A DNA stretch of 64,000 nucleotides from Fonticula alba ATCC 38817. Lineage: Eukaryota > Protista > Nucleariida. The notes beneath the pieces are model-generated. The model ran no database searches, was not told the origin of the DNA, and worked only from the letters and a program-made list of their open reading frames with translations. The position numbers were made by a program, and so were the translations under genes. The stretch is taken from NCBI GenBank assembly GCA_000388065.2, contig KB932202.1. One strand, given 5' to 3'. Positions 34,812 through 45,253 of this stretch are shown one piece after another (the stretch's first letter is position 1; each line of letters opens with the position of its first letter).

Positions 34812-37760
34812 CTAGCCGAGAAAGAGCCCACGGAAAGTGGCCTCGATGATGCGCGCCAGGTCAGTGGCCGCGTCGTGGCAAATGTCTGCCAGATCGCCGG
34901 TGACAGTGCCATCAGCGGTGCCGACTTCGGTGAACAGCCGGACGATGTCCTCCGTGCCACTGGGCCGGACGAAGGCCCGCGCCACCAGCGGCAGCCCGCA
35001 CCGGGTCTTGAGGCCATTGAGTCGGGCCACCTCAGCCGCCAGGGCCTGGGCCACCTCGGTCGGCTGGCACAGCACATCCTCCTGATCCGGGGAGGTGAGG
35101 AACTTCGTGCGGTCGAGCTGCATCCAAGCGGCGTCCCCGGGGGCATCGAGTGTGAGCATGTAGCAGCTTAAGGTGGTGAGTATGCTGTGCTGCGTTGCGC
35201 CGTGCGACGATGTGCGACGCTGTGCGGGGCACGTATGGGCATGGGTGTGTGTGTGTGCGCGCGCGCAGCAGGGAAAGGACTGCCCATGACATACCTTGAG
35301 GCTCTGCAAGTGCGAGGGCCAATCCCGATAGAGGTCGATCCAGCGGCGGAGCTCGACATCCAGATCGCTGGCAAGCTCAGTCCCAGGAGGAATGCCCTGG
35401 CCGGCCGGCAGGCATGTGGCCAGCGCGCGCCATGCCTCCTGCGCCCGGAGGGCCGCCTCGACCGCATAAATCAGACCAATCCCATCGCCGGTGAACTGGT
35501 TGAACAGCCGGCTGAAAGAGAGCAGCGCCCGGGCCGCATGGTGGAGGGGGGCCTGGTCGGCCGGAGTGGCGGCCAAATCAAGCAGGGCCCGACAGGCTGC
35601 CGGCGAGAAAAGCACCGTCCCATGGCCGTTGGCCTCGAAGTAGACCCCAACATCGAAGTGCCGCTCGGCCAGCGCGTGGAGGTTCTTGACGCCGGAGTTG
35701 GCGAACAGCGTTTCCACCCCCTGAAAGGGGGGCGAAAGGCGCGAACGGCCGAGGGGCGAGGGCGGCGGCGGTGGCGGTGGCGGTGGCGGCAGCGAGAGGA
35801 AGGGATGCGCTTTGGTCAGGGTCGATGAACCACGGCCAGGCCCATCGGCAAAGGCGAGAGGTGGCGGCGAGCAGCGAGAGGTGGCGGCGAGCAGCGCGAG
35901 CCGGCGAGCGAGGGGCCGAGGCACGCACCAAGACCTCGCGCGTGTACTTGGTCGACGCGCCATTGGCATAGCGCGTTTGCACGAACCCCAGGCGCAGCGA
36001 GGCTGCCACCTCCGGGCGAAGGTGCACCACCACCGCGATCAGCGACCGCATTAGCCGGAGGAGAAGCACGGCAATGCGATCGCCATCCAGGATGTCGAAT
36101 GCCCGGGTGGCTGCCAAGGGCCGAGCACGTCAGGCACGCAGACACGAGAAGGCGAGATGGCTGCCTGGGCGAGGACGAGCGGGCAAGTGCCCTGGCGTAC
36201 TGGTGCTCAAGGAGGAGTAGATCAGTCGGTCGCCATCACCATCGAGAGAGGCAATCCGCAGGGCAGGTGGCAGGCCGGCGAAGGACCCTCGCCCGGGTGG
36301 AAGGCGCTTGGATTTGACGAAGTCCGCGCCGCACTGCGGCCCGCGGGCAGGGGCCCGAAAGAAGAGGCACCCGGGACCGGCGGACCAGGGGGCGTTCCGG
36401 TGCGACCACATGTGCGCGCGTTAGCCCTGGTGCCTGGCAAGCGTGGGGGGAGAGGGGGAGAGAGGCAGGGAGACAGAGAGAGGGAGGGAGAGGACGCACG
36501 CCGGCATTGACGACGCTGCCGCGCTGCTCGGCCGGCAGCGGATCATTGTAGATCTGGCAGAAGCCCGGCGCCAGGTGCATGCTCTCGAGGACAGTGGCCC
36601 CGACGCCGTTCGCATGGTCGACGAAGACCGGGCAGGGTGTGGGGCTCGACACCGGACGGGCGGGCCCCTCGACACCAAGATGCCGGAGCACATCGCGCGT
36701 GGCCGCCAGGAAGGCATCGAAATGCCGCTGGAACCCAGCGTAGTATGTGGCCGGGGTGAGGGTGGCCTCGCGGTCCGCGAGCGGGTCCAGGCCGTTGGCC
36801 CGGGCCACGGCCCAATGGACCGCCGGCGTGGTGACCGACCGCATGTCGAGCAGCTCCACGCCCTTGCCCGGGGGGAGGATGCTTCGCGCCCCGGCCAGCA
36901 GGGCGGCTTTGAGCCCGGGGCAGGAGGGGCGATTGTCGACCCCGACCAGCACCCGGGCCAGGGGCTGGCCCGGGGGGGCGGCATGCGCCTGCCGGAGGCG
37001 CTCGATCGTAGCCTGGTCCACCAGCGACAGGAGGGAGTCCGCCACGGCGAGGGCATCGGCCAGACGCGCGGCCTGGCCGAGCACCGGCTCCCAGGCAGCC
37101 TCCAGCATTTGACCCTGCGTGTCAATGATCTTCAGGCCATTGTCCTGCCGATGCCGGGCGGTGTGTTTTTGGCTGTTGGCGTGAGTGGGCGTCCAGGGGC
37201 TACAGACTGGTGGCCATGAGGGAAGGCCGGAGGAGGGAGCGAGAAGGGGGGCGGGGGGTGAAGAGGGGGNNNNNNNNNNNNNNNNNNNNNNNNNNNNNNN
37301 NNNNNNNNNNNNNNNNNNNNNNNNNNNNNNNNNNNNNNNNNNNNNNGGCGGAGGCGAAAGACGGCGGCATGAATCGCCGCGACGCCTCGACCCCCGCAGC
37401 CGTGGGCATCAGGGGGGGGGGAGAAGAAAAAAAAAACAAGAAAGCAAGAGAGGAGGGGCCTTGACCGGGGGCAAATGAGGGGCCTACCTGGGGGGGATTG
37501 TGCGAGGCGGTGATCATGACACCGACCGCGGCACCGCCGGCGGCGAACGATCGCAAGGCGGCCGCCACACCAACTTTGGTCGCAATCGACTCCAGCACCG
37601 GGTCCGCCGTGCGACGGAACCCGGCTGTGCCATAAGTGATGTTCGCCAGGAGGGCATCGGTCCACTGGATTTGGGGGCTGGTAAAGTGCGCCACCGCCGA
37701 GGCGATGGAGCCCCGCACCGGGCAAATGTCGCCCACAGAAGGGCCAGGAGTGGTGGTCAT
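34812..37760 (-). CDS. PGM3: Phosphoacetylglucosamine mutase (PGM3/Pcm1/AGM1)
   Basis: YGTAGFR, GVMITASHNP (catalytic Ser), VGVDNRPS, DHANGVG, CGADFVK, DGDGDRLIY (metal loop), FEANGHGTV and RPSGTEDIVR motifs across multiple spliced exons. Confidence 0.95.
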
Positions 37761-38492
37761 GCTCCGGCTTTGCCTTGGCCGAAAGGGGGAGGCAGACGAG
37801 CGTCAACGGGTGACAGCGCGAGAGGCTGAACACGTATGGGCAAGACGGGAGGATTGTGCGAGGTGCGGCGGCGGGGCTATGGGGAAGGGCAGAGCGAGAG
37901 AGAGAGAAGAAGAGAGAAGAAGAGGAAGACGGGGAGGGGCTGGGAGATGGAGTGGCGGCGAGAGCACTGCCCGGGCCTCCCCCCCGGCGGCGCGACGGCA
38001 GACACGCCCCGGCGCCTGAAGATGACGGCACCCTGGCCGGGGGCGCCGATCGCCGTGGATCCGTTGGCAGTCGCCGGACATTGTGGGCAACATCCCTGCC
38101 GCCACTGCCGCCTCATGACGGACCGCGCCGATGGCCGCGCCCCGAATGGCCGAGGCTGAACCCCGGGCGCCGGGAAGCCCACTCAAGATGCCCCGCAGTC
38201 TGGACGGCAATCGCACAAGGCCGCACGAAGAGCACACCCCCTGGACGGCTTCTGGCCAGTGACTTGTGAAATGTGTATTTGAGTGCAGGGAGATGGCGCC
38301 CGCGCGGCTGTGCGGCGGGAAGGGTGCGACAAGGAGGCGGGGTACCAGGCCATGGTAGCCACCCGGAGCCATGTCGGGAGGAATGCACCAGGGAGGGAGA
38401 TGGCGGGAAGGGACAAGACAAACAGCCGGGTCGCAGGCGCCAACGCGCCACAGGCCCCGACCCAGGCGTCGCCGAGCGCCGCGTGCATGCAT

Positions 38493-38717
38493 TTACTCGA
38501 AGCGCGGCGGAACCGTCCCCCCGGGGATGTAGATCTGCCGAGGCCGGAAGATGCGCCCGGCCGGCTTCTCGTGGACCGTTTCGCGCCAGTGCGACAGCCA
38601 GCCCGCCAGGCGGGGCATGGCAAACATAACCGGGAAGAACTCTACACACACACAAGCACACAAATACGGACACGCACATGCGAGAGAGAGATAGCGAGAG
38701 AGAGAGCGAGAGAGAGC

Positions 38718-38774
<57 letters not shown>

Positions 38775-38924
38775 NNNNNNNNNNNNNNNNNNNNNNNNNN
38801 NNNNNNNNNNNNNNNNNNNNNNNNNNNNNNNNNNNNNNNNNNNNNNNNNNNNNNNNNNNNNNNNNNNNNNNNNNNNNNNNNNNNNNNNNNNNNNNNNNNN
38901 NNNNNNNNNNNNNNNNNNNNNNNN

Positions 38925-38958
<34 letters not shown>

Positions 38959-41387
38959 TCCAGGGTGAGACAAGGCAGGACGCATGGGCGGGTCTCGATG
39001 TGCCAGCGAGGAAGAGAGAGAGAGAGAGGGTGGCGAGGAAAAGGAAAAGGCCCGGCAGAAGGACACGGCAACGGTATGTGCAGGGAGGACGCACCTGTGG
39101 GAATGCCGAGAGCTGAAGGCCACAACGCGGTGGATGACCCACAAGGGCAGGCGTGTCAATGGCAAGGCGCCCACCGCCGGGTGGCGAGGAGATGACCGAC
39201 GAGCCGAGGAAGGGCACAAAGCGGCAGCCGAGAGACGCACCCTTGTACAGGAGCCCGGTCCAGAAGTCGACATTCGGGAAGAGCTTGCGATCGCGGAAGT
39301 ACACGTCATTGAGAGCCACCTCCTCCAGACGCCGGGCAATGGCCGCCAGACGGCGGACATCGGCGATGCGCTCGGCGTCGAAGGTCTGACCGGCGATGTC
39401 GGACTTGGGGCCGGCGTCGGCCAGCGCGGCCAGCGTGTCGACCACATCGCGAGCCGCCTCGGCCGCCTGCCGCGCGCGCGGATCATAGTTCTTGTACACC
39501 CGGTGGCCGAAGCCCATGAGCAGGCATTCCCGGCGCTTGACCTTCTCCAGGTACCCGGGGACCTGGTCCACGTGGCCGATCTCCTCCAGCATGCGAAGGA
39601 CCGCCTCGCAGGCACCCCCATGCAGGGGCCCATACAGGGCGGAGGCCGACCCGGCCACGGCGCTGTACGGGTCCACCGCCGACGAGGAAATGTGCCGCAT
39701 GGCCGAAGTGGAGCAGTTGAGCTCATGCTCGGCGTGCAGGACAAACAGCAGGTCCAGGGCCTTGGAGAAGGCCTCCGGCGGGGGCAGGCTCCGGTCGGCA
39801 CCCATGCCGAGCTGCGACCCCGAGGCCGTGCGGGGGGGGGGGGGGGGGGGGGAAGTCAAAGGGAGGGACAGCGGACAGATGTTAGAGTATGGGCCAGGGA
39901 GAAAAACCACCGGGCAATGCATACACCGGGCAGGGGCGGCCCGGCAGACGCCACCAGGCACGCACACCGGACATGGCCAGGAAGGTGGTGGCATAGTCCC
40001 AGCCCTGGGCCTGGGCGTGGCTCGAGGCGGCGGCCACCGCGGCGAGGGCGTCGCGTGCGAGCGGCTCGTCGATGAGCTTCTGCGCCGTGAAAGAGGCCAT
40101 CGCCTGGGCGGAAGACACTTCGGAGAAGGTGCGCTCCTCGGCGGGGCTCAGGCGCCCGGCCTCGGCGGCCATGGTCGCCTCGATGCTGGCCCCCTCGGCG
40201 CGGTACTTGCACCGGCGGAAGATGAGCGCCGCCAGGACCGGCGATTGGCGAAGGATCCGCTCGATCTGCCGGTCCGCCTCGGCTGGGTTGTTGCGGAAGT
40301 AGTTGTGGCCCGACGACTGCAGCATCCGAGGCCGAGGGGGGGCGGGGGGGCGGGGGGGTCAGCATGTCAGCGAGGATCCCGGCGGCGAAATGTCCCACCC
40401 GCATAGGTGGCGAGAAGTTCCGGCGGGAGGGGGCGGAGGAGAGCGAGAGAAAGGAGGCGAGAAAAAAACCGCGCCACCTACCGAGAGAGCCGGGTTCGAA
40501 TCCGAGTGGAGGGCAGACATGGCACCCAGACCGCTGGGAACGAGGAAGACCGAAGGAGCGGAAGACGGACATGGCAGGCAGGCAGGCAGGCCGGAGGATG
40601 TTAGTCGTGTGATGGCGGGTGGCCCACAGCCGGGAGGCTCGATCGTTTGGCCTGGCTGCTTGGGCATCCGGGGACGTACCTGATGAACATGGACATCGGG
40701 TGGCCGGAGGTAGGCAGGGAGAAGATCAGCCGGGCCAGGGAGGCCATGTTGTCCGGCGTGGCCGCCGGGCTGAGGATCTGCTGCCACTCGCGGCGCTTTT
40801 CCGGCGTGGCGGGGGCCTGGCCGAACAGCAGCAAGTGCGCCACCTGGCACATGTCAAAGTTCTTGGCGATGTCCTCGATCGGGATGCCCCGGTACCGGAG
40901 GATGCCCTTCTCGCCATCGACGAAGGAGATGGACGACTGGGCCACGGCAATGCTGGCCAGGGCCGGGTCGAAAATGAGCAGCCCCGGCCCGCCGCCGGCG
41001 GCAGGCTCCTCGGCCGAAGTGGCGGTCTTCTCCACAGCCGGCGCGGGGTAGGGGCCGGGCAGGGGCCCGGGGGCGGTGATCTTCGCCAGATCCGAGGCAT
41101 TGACGATGTGGCCATGGCGGATGGGAATGGTGTGCGTCTACGGGCCGGAGCGGGGGGAAGGCCCGAGCACGGCGAGCGTGACAAGTGGAGGGCAGTGTCA
41201 GGGCCATCAGGCTGGGGGGGGCGGAAAATCGGGCGAGGCCTACCTTGCCGGTGCGATTGTCCACCACGGTCAGAGTCTCTTGATAGTCCGGCGCGGCGGG
41301 GGCGGTCTGCAGGTGGTTGGCCAGCGAGTGCAGACGCTGCTGAGCAAGGATGTCACCAGCGGCAGAGGCTCCGCCACTTTCGGTCAT
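38493..41387 (-). CDS. Citrate synthase, bacterial/plant-peroxisomal type, with N-terminal PTS2
   Basis: TVVDNRTGK, ISFVDGEKGILRYRGIPIE, HPMSMFI, SDSNPAL, LHAEHELNCST, GPLHGGACEAV, LMGFGHRVYKNYDPRA, LFPNVDFWTG, PRLAGWLSHWRE and RPRQIY. N-terminal RLHSLANHL fits the PTS2 consensus. Confidence 0.93.
38683..38955. repeat. (AG)n microsatellite in a citrate synthase intron, spanning an N-gap
   Basis: Read directly. Confidence 0.92.
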
Positions 41388-44300
41388 GATGGCGTAGAGT
41401 GAGCGAGGGGGGGGGGGGGAGGAGCGCAGGGCAGGTGGCCAGGCGAGAGAGAGAGAGAGAGGGAGAAAGAGGGGGGGGGAGGAGGAGGGGCAACAGCGAT
41501 AAACGGGCGCGGTTGAGAGAGGGAGAGGACAGCACGTGTGCATGCAGAAGGCTGCGATCACCGGGAGGGACAGAGAGAAGGGCAGCTTTTGTAGGCCCTC
41601 TGCCCCTCGCTCGCCGCTGCCGGGCAGCCGACCGAGTGAGGGAACTTGGCTAGCTGAGATCCCCGGGGCCTGGGCGTCTCACTGGAGCCATGGGCATGCG
41701 CGTGGGTGCGGAGGCCAGCCCAAAAGAAGCATGCAGCCATGGATCCCTGGCACACAGGCCGAGAGGCCAAAGCGAAGGGAGGGGAGGGGGGCACTTACCT
41801 CTGGAAAAATCTGGCGAAAGGCCACTCATTGGCGGACATGGTATCTCTTTCTCTCTGCGCGTGGGCGTGTCTGAGTGTGTGTGTGTGTGTGTATCCAGTA
41901 CTTTGTGGTCGGACGGAGGATTGGTCAGCGGCTCAGGCGCTGCAGAGCAGGGTCAAGAGGGGCAGCAGGAGCAGACCGGGATATCCCGGGGGGAGGGGCT
42001 GGGGGGACAGCAAGAACAACGAGGGCGAGGGCGGGGAAACAGGGACAGCCCGAGCGAATGGAGCACGGAGGGAGATCGCGTCGCGCCCAGGAGAGCGCCC
42101 CCACCCGGAGGCCGGCTAGTGATGAATCGGCCACCAGTGGATGTGGAGGTATCTAGTCACCGATGGAACAAAAACACACCCACACACAATCACACAAGCG
42201 TGCACGCACACGGCGGCCCCCCCCCCCGCCCGCCCTCGAGCAGGCGAGCCGGCCTCTGATCGATCAAGGCCCCGGCTCCCTCCCGGGACAACAGTTGGCA
42301 CCCGCTGGCCGCCGCCACGAACCGGGCTCCAGTGTTGATGCCTGGCGTCAATCCGACGATGACACCGGCAGGACACCATCACACGCCTCACGGACACGCG
42401 CGCCGGGCGCCATCGACATTGTGGTCGCCAGCCGGCGGGCGGGGGGGGGAGGGGGGCACGTTCATGCGTAAGCAGCCCCGCGAAATGTGGGACCCATTTC
42501 ACAAGGCGCCCCGGGAGCGCCCCGGACCCAGCTGCTTTCTCTGCGGCCCCCCGCCCCCCCCCCGCCCCGCCGGCAGGCACCTAGGGCCGGGTGTCCCCGC
42601 CGCAGTGCGAAGGATCCATGCTCGCCCACACGGGCCCTGCCCGGTCCGCGGGGCTGAGGTCCAAACTGGGCACTTCTCGCTGGCAGGCGTGCCCCCTGCC
42701 CGCCCGGCGCCACGGCCCGCCCACGCCCGCCAGCCGGGCCGACCACACTCCGGCAGCCACATCAATCGGAAGGGCACCCCCCACCCTCCCCTCCCCCGGG
42801 CGGGTTGGGGGGGGGGCGCGCGGACACCCGAAGACACCCAGCAGGTGGCGGAAAAAATACCCGACACGGCCTTGACGCCGCTCGCCGAGAATGCCCGCCA
42901 CACCCCGGGAGCGGCGGCTCGCCGCTGGGTCCGCAGGCGCCGGCCGCAGCACCGGGGCACGGTCCCCCGGGCCCGGCATGTCCCCCGGGGAGCGGGGGGG
43001 GGGAGCGGCTCGCGGCTCGCGGCCGGGGGCCCGGGGGCCGAACGAGCAAGGGCTCTCAAAGGGAAGAAGGCCCGCCCGGCCGCATCCGTCCGCGGCCGCG
43101 CGAAAACAAACAAACCGGTACTGCAATCGTGGATTCCAGAGGGCGCCAGCATCTTCGGCGTGATTAGCGCCGCCCTGTGGCCCGGGAGGATCACGCCCCT
43201 TCGGGACCCTCTTTGGGGTCGGGCGCCGGACCCGCACGGCCCCCGCGGCACCGGCGCACCTCATCCAGGCCCGAGGCATGTGAGCGGCGCCCGCCCCTAC
43301 ACACGCGCGCGGACACACACACATACACACATACACACACACACATCCGGCCGCGCCGGGCCAGATCGCCCCCATCCACCCATGTCCGCATGTGTGCCCG
43401 GGCCGATGCCGCTGGGGAAGCGCCGAGCCTCGCCGAAGGCACGACCAGTCACGGCAAGCTCCCCCCCGGCTGGGGAGGCCTCAAGGATGACGACGATGAG
43501 GGCGGCCCGCCAGCCCAGTGGTGGTTGGGAGCANNNNNNNNNNNNNNNNNNNNNNNNNNNNNNNNNNNNNNNNNNNNNNNNNNNNNNNNNNNNNNNNNNN
43601 NNNNNNNNNNNNNNNNNNNNNNNNNNNNNNNNNNNNNNNNNNNNNNNNNNNNNNNNNNNNNNNNNNNNNNNNNNNNNNNNNNNNNNNNNNNNNNNNNNNN
43701 NNNNNNNNNNNNNNNNNNNNNNNNNNNNNNNNNNNNNNNNNNNNNNNNNNNNNNNNNNNNNNNNNNNNNNNNNNNNNNNNNNNNNNNNNNNNNNNNNNNN
43801 NNNNNNNNNNNNNNNNNNNNNNNNNNNNNNNNNNNNNNNNNNNNNNNNNNNNNNNNNNNNNNNNNNNNNNNNNNNNNNNNNNNNNNNNNNNNNNNNNNNN
43901 NNNNNNNNNNNNNNNNNNNNNNNNNNNNNNNNNNNNNNNNNNNNNNNNNNNNNNNNNNNNNNNNNNNNNNNNNNNNNNNNNNNNNNNNNNNNNNNNNNNN
44001 NNNNNNNNNNNNNNNNNNNNNNNNNNNNNNNNNNNNNNNNNNNNNNNNNNNNNNNNNNNNNNNNNNNNNNNNNNNNNNNNNNNNNNNNNNNNNNNNNNNN
44101 NNNNNNNNNNNNNNNNNNNNNNNNNNNNNNNNNNNNNNNNNNNNNNNNNNNNNNNNNNNNNNNNNNNNNNNNNNNNNNNNNNNNNNNNNNNNNNNNNNNN
44201 NNNNNNNNNNNNNNNNNNNNNNNNNNNNNNNNNNNNNNNNNNNNNNNNNNNNNNNNNNNNNNNNNNNNNNNNNNNNNNNNNNNNNNNNNNNNNNNNNNNN

Positions 44301-45115
44301 NNNNNNNNNNNNNNNNNNNNNNNNNNNNNNNNNNNNNNNNNNNNNNNNNNNNNNNNNNNNNNNNNNNNNNNNNNNNNNNNNNNGGGGGGGGGGGGGGGGC
44401 GGGGCCGGCGTCCGCTCGCCCGCGCCGAGCCTGGGCTCGTCCCCGGGGCCTGCGGTCAGCGCTGGGAGCCGCGCGCCTGGCATGCAGGGGCCCGGGCGGT
44501 CACGCAGGGCAACAACTCCCTGCTGCCCGGCGACCCGCGCATCCCCGCGCGCACGCCCTCCGCCTCGGAGCGCCCCTGTTCCTTTCCTCTGTATCCCCGC
44601 CCTTCGTGACCCCCCCCCCCCCTGTTCCCTGCTGCCCCGCACCCCAGAGCCTCGCCCCAAGGCAGCGGCGGGGGCAGTGGCAGCCGGTGGCCGGCATTTC
44701 GTCCGAAGAACCGCCCGCCGCCCGCGCCCCCGGCAGCAGGCGAGGCAGAGGGACGCGGGACGGGAGGAGCGGAGCCCCCCCGCTGGTGCCCGTGTGTAGA
44801 ACGAGCGCGTCGACCGCGTATTGCCCGGCCCACACTCACCACTGATCCCCCCCCCCCCCCTGAGCTCCGTCTGCTGGCCTCCTGGCGGGACTGTGCCCTC
44901 GGCATTTTTATTGTTATTGTTTACCCCCCGCGTGCGGCAGCGCGTTGCCTCCAGAGCGCCCTTTCTGCCACCCTCACCCCCTTCCCCCGCCCAGCCTCCC
45001 TTCATCTTCCTTCGCTGCCCCTCTCCCCCCTCCTTTCCCCCCCCCCACCCCTACCCACGCGTGTCTGGTCGCCAAGTCAGCCGCATCTCGCGCTTCCGCC
45101 TGGTGGCCCGCTCTC

Positions 45116-45152
<37 letters not shown>

Positions 45153-45253
45153 ACGCGTGTCTGGTCGCCAAGTCAGCCGCATCCCCCCCCTCCGCCTGGT
45201 GGCCCGCTCTCTCCCCCCCCCCCCCCGCCTCCAGCCTTCCCCACCTCGCCAGG

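Noticed and set aside
40493-40503. GGTTCGAATCC, a perfect tRNA T-loop/B-box
   Set aside because: No cloverleaf or A-box around it. It is the reverse complement of citrate synthase codons (HSDSNPAL).
45055-45222. ~65-nt direct repeat separated by poly-C upstream of FKBP15
   Set aside because: The second copy differs only by conversion to C-runs after a long homopolymer, which is typical of a sequencing or assembly artefact.
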